A stretch of DNA of 64,000 bases from NCBI GenBank assembly GCA_963779755.1, contig CAVZZO010000003.1, forward strand, positions 160,001-224,000, in the 5' to 3' direction. Positions 51,758 to 60,996 of this stretch are shown piece after piece. The stretch comes from an uncultured Gemmatimonadales bacterium (GTDB lineage Bacteria > Gemmatimonadota > Gemmatimonadetes > Gemmatimonadales > GWC2-71-9). Below the pieces are notes generated by a model, which was given only the letters and a program-made list of their open reading frames with translations, was not told the origin of the DNA and did not search any database. Position numbers and translations under genes: made by a program. Numbering within the stretch: position 1 is the first letter of the stretch; every line of letters begins with the position of its first letter.

Positions 51758-52900
51758 CTACAGATTCGGCCGCACGGTGACACCCAGCGACAGGATCCAG
51801 ACCGATTCCTTCAGCGTGCTGGATCGCCGCCAGGTGCGCTCCAGCGTGGCGTCGAGGCCGCCGCGCCCCTTGGCGAAGCGGATGCCGCTGCCGATGCTGG
51901 CGCCGAACTCGTACGGCTGATCGCCCGGAGTGAGCAGGAAGGGCAACTGTGTGTAGTGCAGCCCGGCGCGGAGCGGCTTCTGTCCCGGCTGGTCCGGATC
52001 GGGCATGTATTCCAGCCCGACGCCCGCCTCCAACGTATTCTTCGCCCCCACCCCGCCCTGCTCGATCAGATCGCTGTTGGCGGCGGACCAGGTCCGGTAG
52101 GTGGCGGCGGCCACCGCCATGAGCTTCGGGCTGGCCAGATAGCGCAGGCCCGCGCCGAAGGCGTAGGGCAGATCGGTGTTGCCCACCCGGACCGAGTCGC
52201 GGTCCACCCCCGCCTGATCGTCGCTGCGCACCGTGATCGCCAGGCTCAGACGTTTGCTCACCTGCTGCCCCAGGCCCAGCGAGAAGCCGACGCCGCCGTA
52301 GGACAGCTCGGTGCGCTGGCTGGTGAACTGGTAGGTCGTGTCGGGAAAGGAGGTGGCCAGGCGCAGGCGGTTCACGCCGGTCAGCACGTGCACCGCACCG
52401 CCCACCACCGTTCGGTCATCCAGCCGGTAGCTGGCGGCGAAGCGCAGATCGTTGATCCCCCCGTGGGAGACCAGCGTATCGTTGAGCGCCAACGGCTGGC
52501 CGCGAACCAGGGCGGTATCGATCGAGGCCAGGCTGAAGTTGCGGTCGGCGTAGGAGGTGTAGCTCAGGCCCAGCGCGAAGCGGGTACCCTTGAGAGGGCC
52601 GGCAACCACGAAGAGCGGAAAGCGGGTGTCCCGCTGGCTGGCGCTGCCGGCGGCGCCGCTGCTGTGCCGCCATTCGGGCATCAGGGTGAACGACGCCACC
52701 ATGGACTGCAGCTGCTGCAGCGCGGCGGGATTCTCCGCCGAGAGCCCGTCGAACAGGCCGAAGGCCCCGCCCAGCGCCTGCGCCCGGGGCGAGTCGCCGC
52801 GGCCGGGGTAGCCCAGTCCGCGCGCACCGAAAGTCGAGCTTTGCGCCGCCGCGGGCAGGGCCCAGCAGCAGACGAGGCCGATCAGAAAGAGAGCGCGCAC
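51758..52900 (-). CDS. Outer-membrane beta-barrel protein (FadL/PorV-like N-terminus)
   Basis: Signal peptide; RAQALGGA...NPAAL N-terminal hatch-like motif; amphipathic strands. Confidence 0.6.
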   Translation of the reverse strand: MRALFLIGLVCCWALPAAAQSSTFGARGLGYPGRGDSPRAQALGGAFGLFDGLSAENPAALQQLQSMVASFTLMPEWRHSSGAAGSASQRDTRFPLFVVAGPLKGTRFALGLSYTSYADRNFSLASIDTALVRGQPLALNDTLVSHGGINDLRFAASYRLDDRTVVGGAVHVLTGVNRLRLATSFPDTTYQFTSQRTELSYGGVGFSLGLGQQVSKRLSLAITVRSDDQAGVDRDSVRVGNTDLPYAFGAGLRYLASPKLMAVAAATYRTWSAANSDLIEQGGVGAKNTLEAGVGLEYMPDPDQPGQKPLRAGLHYTQLPFLLTPGDQPYEFGASIGSGIRFAKGRGGLDATLERTWRRSSTLKESVWILSLGVTVRPNL

Positions 52901-54112
52901 TTACGGCCTCTCGAACGGGAAGGAAAGCGTGTAGCTGATTTGCAGACGCGGGTGCCCCGCGGGGGAGCGCGACGAATAAAATACCGGACGGCTGAAGCTG
53001 GCCGCCTCGGGCCGGAGGGAGAGCACCAGCAGCTCGGGGGTGCCGCTCGAACCCTGCCAGCTCTTCACCAGCGAGGTCACGTCGATCGCCACCGAGTCGC
53101 TGGTGCCGGGCGGGACCGGCGCGGCCGATTCCAGCTGGAAGTACAGGGGCGACTTGCGCCCCAGATCGCCCAGCACATCGCGGGCGACCACCAGGGCCGT
53201 GTCGCCCGGCAGACCGCCGATGGCCTGGACCGGGGTCACCACCAGGGTGACCCGCACCAGCCGGGCCGAATCGTCCAGCAGGGGCGGCAAATTGAACCGC
53301 AGGAACGCCCGGGACGAAGGCACCCCGCCGACGGTGAGCAGGTCGGGGTCCGGGGCGACCGCGTTCTGTTCCACGAACGAGTTGAACGACGGTACCCGGC
53401 TGATGGTCTGATGCTGGAGCGAGGTGTCGGCCAGGTTGGCCTTGACGTAGCGCACGAACAACGGCCCCGACCCGCCCGCCAGGCTCCCCAGCCGCACGCC
53501 GGTCGGTTGAGGTGCCTCGAGGACCAGCGCCAGCGCCAGCTTCCCGCTGTCCGCCGGCGGAATGGCAATCCGGTTGAGCGCGGAATCGGAAAGCACCAGC
53601 CGGATCTGCCCCGTGACGAGACTGTCCGGTACCGTCAGCGTGTCCACCAGGTTTGCCGGCACCAGGGCCGAGGCCGCCGCGGCGTAGCTGGTCGTCGAAT
53701 CGGTGCTGACGGGGAGCCGGTAGAGCAGGAAGCGCAGGCCGCCGATCGTGGTGTCGCGTGCGTTGACCGTAAAGGTGACGGCCGCCGAATCCACCGTGTA
53801 GGTGCGGTTGGTATCGGAAACCAGCAGGCTGTCGGGCATGGGCAGAAAACGGACCAGCGGGAGGATCGTATCGCCCTGCAGACCGTTACTCGCCAGCAGC
53901 GAGACCCCCACCCCGGTGGAGACATACCCGGCATAGGAGCTGTCCCCGCCGGGAACCGGGGAGATCACCGTATCGTAGACCACCGGCTGCCCGCCGGGGC
54001 ACAACTGCGGGCAGTCGGCCGGAGCCGTGAGCTTCTCCTGGCAGCCTGCCGCCGCCGCGCCGGCCGCGAGCAGGGCCGCTCCCCGCCACATCCATTGCCT
54101 CATGCGAATCAC
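52901..54112 (-). CDS. Hypothetical lipoprotein
   Basis: Lipobox AAGC, C.QLCP, beta-rich body, P.L.ISY end; the start may be ATG at 54103. Confidence 0.7.
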   Translation of the reverse strand: MIRMRQWMWRGAALLAAGAAAAGCQEKLTAPADCPQLCPGGQPVVYDTVISPVPGGDSSYAGYVSTGVGVSLLASNGLQGDTILPLVRFLPMPDSLLVSDTNRTYTVDSAAVTFTVNARDTTIGGLRFLLYRLPVSTDSTTSYAAAASALVPANLVDTLTVPDSLVTGQIRLVLSDSALNRIAIPPADSGKLALALVLEAPQPTGVRLGSLAGGSGPLFVRYVKANLADTSLQHQTISRVPSFNSFVEQNAVAPDPDLLTVGGVPSSRAFLRFNLPPLLDDSARLVRVTLVVTPVQAIGGLPGDTALVVARDVLGDLGRKSPLYFQLESAAPVPPGTSDSVAIDVTSLVKSWQGSSGTPELLVLSLRPEAASFSRPVFYSSRSPAGHPRLQISYTLSFPFERP

Positions 54113-54522
54113 GTTTCTTCCGCCGGCGCTTTCCGGCCGGACAGGGAGTCCGGGCCGAACGCATCCGGCAAGAGGTCGTTCAGAGTCCAGGTGCGACTGC
54201 CCCGCGGCCCTACCGCCACTACGGTGAGCGCCGGCGCAAACTCCGCCAGCACCTGCCGGCAGGCACCGCACGGGGCCGCCGGCGGGTCGGCATCGGTGAC
54301 AATGACGATGCGGCGGAAGCGCCGCGCGCCCGCCGCCACCGCCGCGCCCACCGCCACGCGTTCCGCGCAGTTCACCAGCCCGTAGGAGGCGTTCTCCACG
54401 TTGCAGCCGGCGAACACCCGGCCGTCGTCCGCCTCCAGGGCAGCCCCAACCCGGAATCGGGAATAGGGCGCGTACGCCCGGGCCTGGGCGGCACGGGCGG
54501 CGTCCAGCAGGGAATCAGTCAT
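54109..54522 (-). CDS. cdd: Cytidine deaminase
   Basis: [40 protein letters not shown]. Confidence 0.95.
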   Translation of the reverse strand: MTDSLLDAARAAQARAYAPYSRFRVGAALEADDGRVFAGCNVENASYGLVNCAERVAVGAAVAAGARRFRRIVIVTDADPPAAPCGACRQVLAEFAPALTVVAVGPRGSRTWTLNDLLPDAFGPDSLSGRKAPAEET

Positions 54523-55684
54523 GCCAGAGATCGCCCAGGAAGGAGGTACCCGCCTCGAGCGGCTCCACCCCGAGAAATTCCGCCACCGTCTGCCCCAGGT
54601 CCGCAAAGGTGGCGCGGGTTCCCAGCGCGCGCGGCGCGACCCGCGGCCCCAGCACCAGCACCGGCACCCGTTCCCGCGAGTGATCCGTTGACGGCGTGGT
54701 CGGGTCGTTGCCGTGGTCGGCGGTAATAATAACGAGGTCTTCGGGCCGCAACGCGCTGCGCAATTCGGGAATCCAGGCATCGAGCTCCAGCAACCCCGAT
54801 GCGAAGCCTTCGACGTCGTTGCGATGCCCCCAGCTCTGGTCGAACTCGATCACGTTCGCCAGCAGGAACCCACGCCGCATGGAATGGAGCGCGCCGCCAA
54901 TGAGCCCATACGCCTCGCGGTTGGTGGGGGTGTGAACGCTGGCGATGCCCCGTCCGGCGAAGAGATCGTCCACCTTGCCCACGCCAAGGCGGGGGATGTG
55001 CCGGTCGGCCAGGCGGTCCAGCAGCGTCGGCGCCGGAGGCGCCAGGCTGAAATCCTTTCGTCGCGGCGTCCGCTGCCACGCGCCCGGCTCCCCCACAAAA
55101 GGACGGGCGATCACCCGCGAGACCCCCACCTCGCCCTGCAGCATCGCGCGGGCCGTGGCACAGGCGGCGTACAACTCCTCCAGCGGCACCACCCGTTCGT
55201 GCGCCGCCACCTGAAAGACGCTGTCGGCCGAGGTATAGACGATCCAACTCCCGGTCCGGACATGCTCCGCGCCCAGCTCGTCCAGAATGACGGTCCCGCT
55301 GGCCGCCTTGTTTCCCAGGACCCCGCGGCCGGTGCGGGCGCTGAACTCCGCCAGTACCTCCTCCGGAAACCCGTGGGGGAAAGTGGGAAACGGCTCGGCC
55401 AGCACCAGACCGCAGATCTCCCAGTGGCCGGTGGTGCTGTCCTTCCCCTGGCTCGCCGGCTCGCACATCCCCCATGCGGCCGCCGGTGCGTCTACCGCGG
55501 CCACGCCCGCCAGCGGGGCGATACACCCCAGCCCCAGCGCCTGCAGGTGGGGCAGCTGGAGCGTCCGGCGGGCCCGCAGCACGTTGCCCAGCGTATCGCT
55601 GCCGGTGTCGCCGTAGCGGCCGGCATCGTGCGCCTCCCCGATACCGACACCGTCCAGCACAATGATCGCTGCCCGGCGGCTCAC
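54515..55684 (-). CDS. deoB: Phosphopentomutase
   Basis: [53 protein letters not shown]. Confidence 0.96.
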   Translation of the reverse strand: MSRRAAIIVLDGVGIGEAHDAGRYGDTGSDTLGNVLRARRTLQLPHLQALGLGCIAPLAGVAAVDAPAAAWGMCEPASQGKDSTTGHWEICGLVLAEPFPTFPHGFPEEVLAEFSARTGRGVLGNKAASGTVILDELGAEHVRTGSWIVYTSADSVFQVAAHERVVPLEELYAACATARAMLQGEVGVSRVIARPFVGEPGAWQRTPRRKDFSLAPPAPTLLDRLADRHIPRLGVGKVDDLFAGRGIASVHTPTNREAYGLIGGALHSMRRGFLLANVIEFDQSWGHRNDVEGFASGLLELDAWIPELRSALRPEDLVIITADHGNDPTTPSTDHSRERVPVLVLGPRVAPRALGTRATFADLGQTVAEFLGVEPLEAGTSFLGDLWHD

Positions 55685-55917
55685 CGGCCGCCGCCCTTCA
55701 CGAAGGCGACCCGCAGCGACGTGAGCGTCTGGGTCAGGAGCTGCTGTTCGTCCGGCTCCAGGTTACCGGCGGTCTTCTGTTCCAGCATCCCGAGCGTATC
55801 GATCAGCATCCGGCCGATATCGCGCGGATCGCCGGCGCCTTCGGGGACCTGCCCCGACAGCGCGGCCTCCGCCTGGTGCGACAACCCGGCCACCAGAGTG
55901 AGGAAGTGCGGGTTCAT
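55681..55917 (-). CDS. DUF1844 domain protein
   Basis: IDTLGMLEQKTAGNL...E..LL...L..LR. Confidence 0.8.
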   Translation of the reverse strand: MNPHFLTLVAGLSHQAEAALSGQVPEGAGDPRDIGRMLIDTLGMLEQKTAGNLEPDEQQLLTQTLTSLRVAFVKGGGR

Positions 55918-56990
55918 ACCGGCTCCAGGTAGTGGCGGGTGACCCGCCGTCCCATCGAGGTCAGCAGTTCGTAGGCGATGGTGCCCGCCGCCTCGGCCTG
56001 CCGGTCCAGCGACACCCGGCCCCCGAAGAGCGTTGCCACGTCGCCCGGGGCCGCCGGAGCGTGCGCGGCCACCGTGATCATATCCATCGTGACGCGCCCG
56101 ACGATCGGCGCCAGCTCACCGTTCAGCTCCACCACACTGCGGTTGCTGAGCGAGCGCGGAACGCCGTCGGCGTAGCCTGCCGCGATGGTAACCACGGTCG
56201 TTTCCCGCTCGGCGCGCCAGGTGGCGCCGTAGCTCACCGTTTCCCCGGGCCGGACCCGCCGCGACGCCACCACCCGGGCACGAAAGGCGACCACCGGCTC
56301 CGGGTCGTGCCCGTCCACCGCGCCGCCGTAGAGAAAGATGCCCGGGCGGACCAGATCGGCGGCATAGGCCGTCCCCTGCAGCGCCGCCGCGCTGTTGGCG
56401 GCATGCACCAGCAGCGGCCGCGCCGGCAGCGCGGCCAGGACCGTGGCGAACCGGCGCCACTGTTCCTCCACACCGGCGCCCTCATCGGCCGAGTGGAAGT
56501 GGGTGAAGATCCCTTCCCAGCCGGGGCAGTCCGGAAGATTCCGGCCCAGCGCCTCGAGACGGTCGCGGTCGGTCCAGCGGAATCCGGCCCGGCTCATCCC
56601 GGTGTCGATCTCGATGTGGAAGGGACGCTGCCCCTGGGCGGTCCAGGCACGGAGCGCCGCGAGATCGCCGATCACCGGGCGAAGATCGCCGGCGAGGCAC
56701 GCCTCCACCTGGGAGGGGAGCATCGGGGTGAATACCACCACCGGCCGGGTGATTCCCGCCTGCCGCAGCTCGAGACCTTCGTCGGGAGTCGCCACACCAT
56801 AGCCCCACGGCTCCAACTGCTCCAGCGCCCGCGCCGCCGCGATGGCGCCGATACCGTAGCCGTTGGCTTTCACCATGGGGAGGAGACGGGTGCCGGAAGT
56901 GGCCTGCACGGTGCGCGCGTTCGCCACCAGAGCGGCCAGCCGGATATCGGCCCAGGCGCGGGCCGCCGAAGGGAAGTTTGACGCGGTCAC
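55914..56990 (-). CDS. alr: Alanine racemase
   Basis: VKANGYG, DTGMSR.G, ANSA, VRPGIFLYG, GYADG, GRVTMD, GTIAYE. Confidence 0.96.
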   Translation of the reverse strand: MTASNFPSAARAWADIRLAALVANARTVQATSGTRLLPMVKANGYGIGAIAAARALEQLEPWGYGVATPDEGLELRQAGITRPVVVFTPMLPSQVEACLAGDLRPVIGDLAALRAWTAQGQRPFHIEIDTGMSRAGFRWTDRDRLEALGRNLPDCPGWEGIFTHFHSADEGAGVEEQWRRFATVLAALPARPLLVHAANSAAALQGTAYAADLVRPGIFLYGGAVDGHDPEPVVAFRARVVASRRVRPGETVSYGATWRAERETTVVTIAAGYADGVPRSLSNRSVVELNGELAPIVGRVTMDMITVAAHAPAAPGDVATLFGGRVSLDRQAEAAGTIAYELLTSMGRRVTRHYLEPV

Positions 56991-56994
56991 AGGC

Positions 56995-57013
56995 GGCGGG
57001 TATCATACCCGCC
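56995..57013. promoter_or_regulatory. Putative bidirectional promoter with overlapping -10 boxes inside a dyad
   Basis: GGCGGG-TATCATA-CCCGCC; TATCAT on + towards mazG and TATGAT on - towards alr, in a 34-bp gap. Confidence 0.55.
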
Positions 57014-57024
57014 ACGGAGGATAA

Positions 57025-57816
57025 ATGCAAGACAATTCAGCGCTTGGACGCGCACTGGCGGTGGTCCTCGACCTCCGCGCCCGCTGCCCCTGGGACCGGG
57101 CCCAGACCCGCGAGACCCTGCGGCCGTATCTGGTGGAAGAGACGCTCGAACTGGACGCCGCGCTCCGCGACGGCGATCAGGCGCGGATCCGCGACGAAAC
57201 CGCCGATCTGCTGCTGCATCTGGCCTGGCAGTTGGTGATCGGGGAGGAACAGGGAGAGTTCACCCCCGGCGAGATCGCCACCGACCTGGAGCAGAAGATG
57301 CGCCGGCGGCATCCCCACCTCTACCAGCTGGGGCCGCCGGAGCCCTGGGAACGGCTCAAGCAACGGGAAGGCCGGGCGCACCTGTTCGAGGGTCTGCCGC
57401 CTACCCTGCCGTCGCTGCTCATGGCCTACCGGCTGCAGCAGCGCGCGGCCGCCGTCGGATTCGACTGGCCCGATACCGCGGGCCCCAGCGCCAAGGTCCG
57501 GGAGGAACTGGCGGAGGTCGAGCGGGAGCTGGCCCAGCCGGGGGCGATCCGCGCCTCCGGCCCGGAACCGCAGGCGCCCCCGATGCCCAGCGAGGCGCTG
57601 GTGGATGAAATCGGCGACCTGCTCTTCGCCGTCGTCAATCTGGCCCGGAAGGCCCAGGTCCAGCCGGGGCCGGCGCTGGACCGCGCCAATGCCAAGTTCC
57701 GCGCCCGTTTTCAGGCAGTCGAGGCCCTGGCACGTGAGAAAGCACTTGAGGTCGAGACGGCGGGACTTGAGAAACTGGATGAGCTGTGGAACGCGGTGAA
57801 GCGCGAGGAATCGTAA
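57025..57816 (+). CDS. mazG: Nucleoside triphosphate pyrophosphohydrolase MazG
   Basis: CPWDRAQT, EE..E, K..RRHPH, GFDW, DEIGDLLFAVVN, ANAKF..RF; GGAGG site. Confidence 0.93.
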   Translation: MQDNSALGRALAVVLDLRARCPWDRAQTRETLRPYLVEETLELDAALRDGDQARIRDETADLLLHLAWQLVIGEEQGEFTPGEIATDLEQKMRRRHPHLYQLGPPEPWERLKQREGRAHLFEGLPPTLPSLLMAYRLQQRAAAVGFDWPDTAGPSAKVREELAEVERELAQPGAIRASGPEPQAPPMPSEALVDEIGDLLFAVVNLARKAQVQPGPALDRANAKFRARFQAVEALAREKALEVETAGLEKLDELWNAVKREES

Positions 57817-57876
57817 GGCGTGAGGCGTGAGGCGTGCCGGAAAAGCCGCCTTGCGCCTTACGTCTCACGCCTTACG
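57812..57876. repeat. Inverted pair of 7-nt tandem repeats (CGTRAGG / CCTYACG) between convergent mazG and asnS
   Basis: cgtaagg cgtgagg cgtgagg cgtg ... ccttgcg ccttacg tctcacg ccttacg. Confidence 0.9.
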
Positions 57877-59167
57877 GATAGAGCCGGTGGATCTGCCTCG
57901 GAAACGCGATGGTCTCCCGGATGTGGGGTACGCCGCAGATCCAGGCGACGGTGCGCTCAACACCCAGGCCGAAGCCCGCATGCACGAAGGTGCCGTATTT
58001 GCGCAGGTCCAGATACCAGCGGTAGGACTCGGGATCGAGCCCCTGCTCCCTGATCCGCGCCAGGAGCCGGTCGTAATCGTCCTCCCGCTGTGAGCCGCCG
58101 ATGATCTCGCCGTAGCCTTCCGGCGCCAGGCAGTCGTTGTTCAGCACCGTCCGCGGGTCGTCGGGATTCTCCTTCATATAGAAGGCCTTGACCTCGCGGG
58201 GATAGTTGAAGACGAACACGGGCCGGTCGTACTGCTGGGCCAGCAGCGTTTCGTCGTCGCCTCCCAGGTCCCTGCCCCAGGTCAGATCGGAGCCCAGCTC
58301 GTTCAGCCTGGTGATGGCATCGGTGTAGGAGATCCGGGGGAACGGCGGCTGGATCCGCTCCAGCGGAGCGAGATCGCGCTCCAGCAGGGCCAGCTCCTCG
58401 CGGCGCCGCTCCAGCGCCCGGCCCACGATGTAACTGATGAAGCGCTCCTGGAGCCGCATGTTGGCATCGGAATCGTTCCAGGCCACCTCCGGCTCCACCA
58501 TCCAGAATTCGGTCAGATGCCGGCGGGTCTTGGATTTCTCGGCCCGGAAGGTGGGGCCGAAGCAGTACACCTTCCCCAGGGCGGCGGCGGCGGCCTCCAC
58601 ATAGAGCTGCCCGGTCTGGGCCAGGTAGGCCTTGCCCAGGTCGAAATAATCGGTGCTGAAGAGATTCCCCGCCTCCTCGCCGATGGAGCCGGTGAGGATG
58701 GGAGTGTCTACCAGGGTGAACCCTTCCTGATAGAAGAAGTCCCGGATGGCCTGCACCACCTCATGGCGGACCCGCGCGATGGCCACCTGGCGCCGGTTTC
58801 GCAGCCAGAGGTGTCTATGTTCAAAGAGGAAAGTCGTCCCATGCTCTTTAGGGGAGATGGGATAATCCACACTGGGCCCCAGCACCCGCAGATCGCTCAA
58901 CCCCAGCTCATGGCCGCCGGGCGAGCGGGCATCGGCCCGGACGGTGCCGGTGGCGGCCACGCTGGTTTCCTGGGTCAGTCCGCCCAACGCTTCCCAGACC
59001 GCTTCCGGCACGTCCCGCCGCGAGGACACGGTCTGGACCGTCCCGCTGCCGTCGCGCAGCACGGTGAAACTGACCTTGCCGCTGGAACGGGTCGTCACGA
59101 CCCACCCGTGCACCGTCACGGTCTGGCCCACATATTGAGAAAGCTGGTCTATCTGAACGGACGTCAT
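57872..59167 (-). CDS. asnS: Asparagine--tRNA ligase
   Basis: RHLWLR, YLAQTGQLY, GPTFRAEKSKTRRHLTEFWMVEPE, GEIIGGSQRE, YLDLRKYG, GFGLGVER. Confidence 0.96.
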   Translation of the reverse strand: MTSVQIDQLSQYVGQTVTVHGWVVTTRSSGKVSFTVLRDGSGTVQTVSSRRDVPEAVWEALGGLTQETSVAATGTVRADARSPGGHELGLSDLRVLGPSVDYPISPKEHGTTFLFEHRHLWLRNRRQVAIARVRHEVVQAIRDFFYQEGFTLVDTPILTGSIGEEAGNLFSTDYFDLGKAYLAQTGQLYVEAAAAALGKVYCFGPTFRAEKSKTRRHLTEFWMVEPEVAWNDSDANMRLQERFISYIVGRALERRREELALLERDLAPLERIQPPFPRISYTDAITRLNELGSDLTWGRDLGGDDETLLAQQYDRPVFVFNYPREVKAFYMKENPDDPRTVLNNDCLAPEGYGEIIGGSQREDDYDRLLARIREQGLDPESYRWYLDLRKYGTFVHAGFGLGVERTVAWICGVPHIRETIAFPRQIHRLYP

Positions 59168-60277
59168 GTGGTGACCGCGCCTGGGCAATGGTGGAAAGGC
59201 GGCTGGATACTACTCCTGCCGCTCGGGACCGTCAACGCGGCGTGCGGAGGCTACAAGGCCCCCGTGGCGAACGTGCGCACGGCGCCCGTGGCCGCCCCGC
59301 AGCCGGTGGAGGGCACCCCCTTCCGCCAGCTCTGGGTCGAACACGCCGGCCGCGGCCTCACCGGAACGGCGGCACGGAACGATACCATCCTGCTGGTCGG
59401 CGGGTCCGACCGGCGAGTGGTCGCCCTGGACCTGCGGAGCGGCGTCCAGCGCTGGGCCTCCCGGCTGCAGGGGCCCGTCTCCCGGGGCGTGCTGCTGGTG
59501 GGCGATACGGTCTATGCCGGCACCGAGCGGCCCGACGGCCAGGTGTATGCACTGGACCTGGGCCGCGGGAGCAAACTCTGGGATACCAAGACCGGGTATG
59601 TCAGCAGCCCCCTCGCACTGGCGGCGGGCGCGCTGGTGGTGCAGACCCGCGGCGGCGTCACCGTAGCGCTCGACCCCCGGACCGGCGCAGTGCGCTGGCG
59701 GCGTCACACGGGCGTGGGACGCGCTCCTGCCCTCACCGCCGACTCCACCATCCTCGTCACTACACTCGACAGCCTCTTCCGGCTCAACCCGAAGAGCGGG
59801 CGGATCGAAGCCCGCCGAGCTACCCCCGGTGCCATTCTCGGCGGGTGGACCCGCTGGAACGATCTGCTGCTCTCGGGCAGCACCGATTCCCTGCTGGTGG
59901 CAGTCGACCCGTCCGATCTCCAGGTGCGTTGGCGGGTGCCGCTCGATTCGCCCGTGCTGGACCCTCCGGCCGTGCGCGGCGACACCGCCTGGGTGGTAAC
60001 CCGGACGGGCACGGTCTACCGCATTCCCCTCACTCCGGCGGCACCGGAAGCCGAGCGGCTGCTGGCGCTGGAATGGCCGGCCACCTCGGCGCCGGTGCTG
60101 CTGCGCGGCTGGCTGGTGCTGGGCGGCGCCGACGGACTCCTCTGGGGCGTGAGCGACACCGGCCAACTGGCCTGGCAGTTCCGGATCACCGGCCCTCTCG
60201 ACCTGACACCGTTGACCCTCCCCGACGGCCTGGTGGCCATCGGCGGGCACGGCGATATCCACCGTTACGCCCTGTGA
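59168..60277 (+). CDS. PQQ-like beta-propeller (BamB-like) putative lipoprotein; start uncertain
   Basis: Repeats ALD..SG..RW, ALD..RG.KLW, ALD..TG.VRW; possible lipobox NAAC. Confidence 0.8.
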   Translation: MVTAPGQWWKGGWILLLPLGTVNAACGGYKAPVANVRTAPVAAPQPVEGTPFRQLWVEHAGRGLTGTAARNDTILLVGGSDRRVVALDLRSGVQRWASRLQGPVSRGVLLVGDTVYAGTERPDGQVYALDLGRGSKLWDTKTGYVSSPLALAAGALVVQTRGGVTVALDPRTGAVRWRRHTGVGRAPALTADSTILVTTLDSLFRLNPKSGRIEARRATPGAILGGWTRWNDLLLSGSTDSLLVAVDPSDLQVRWRVPLDSPVLDPPAVRGDTAWVVTRTGTVYRIPLTPAAPEAERLLALEWPATSAPVLLRGWLVLGGADGLLWGVSDTGQLAWQFRITGPLDLTPLTLPDGLVAIGGHGDIHRYAL

Positions 60278-60744
60278 AGCGTTCCGCCCTGCTCTGCCTG
60301 CTCCTGTTCGCCGTGCTGCGGCCGGCGGCGGCCCAGTCGGTGCCCCAGCATTCCCACACACCGGCCGTGGTCAAGTACGGGAAATGGGGGCTGCTTACCG
60401 CGTCGGTCGCGATGAACCTGCTGGCGGCCCGGGCGCACGACCGGGCCGACCGGGAGTTCTCCACCGTGCAGCGGATCTGCTCCGCGGACCCCAGCCGGTG
60501 CACCACTTTTCCCGACGGCCGCTACGCCGACCCGTCCCTGGAATCCATCTACCAGCAGACCTTGCGCTATGACCGGCAGAGCCGGAACTGGATCATTGCA
60601 GGCGAGACGGCCCTGGTCGGCTCCGCCGTGCTGTTCATCTGGGAATTCAGCCGGCCCAAGGGTCCGCCGGAGAACATCCCCTTCGAACCGAAGGTGAGCA
60701 ATTCGCGCTACGGCACCCAGGTCGGACTGACCTGGAAGTTCTGA
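60274..60744 (+). CDS. Hypothetical exported/membrane protein
   Basis: GTG overlaps the upstream TGA; signal peptide AAA-Q; Cys pair; terminal strand QVGLTWKF. Confidence 0.7.
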   Translation: MKRSALLCLLLFAVLRPAAAQSVPQHSHTPAVVKYGKWGLLTASVAMNLLAARAHDRADREFSTVQRICSADPSRCTTFPDGRYADPSLESIYQQTLRYDRQSRNWIIAGETALVGSAVLFIWEFSRPKGPPENIPFEPKVSNSRYGTQVGLTWKF

Positions 60745-60996
60745 GCGGAGACGCGCTCCCCCCGGCTGCGCAGGATTGTCACCCTATTCTCGGCGCGCTG
60801 ATCGGTGGCCTCGGCCATGGCCTGACGCCTTCGCTGGAATCCGCAGCGAGGGGCATGGGCGACGACGAGCCGGCACCATGATGTCGGCCGCCGTCTGCCC
60901 GAACGAGCGGACTAGCTTCCGGGTATCTTGCGGCCGCGCCCGCCGCGGCTCCATCGCCCGACGGGGATGCGCCGGCGTACGGACGGCCCGATCAAC

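Noticed and set aside
60745..60996. Small ORFs or ncRNA in this gap and in 62966-63294
   Set aside because: No convincing start signal, protein motif or known RNA consensus; the hairpins are what GC-rich DNA gives by chance.
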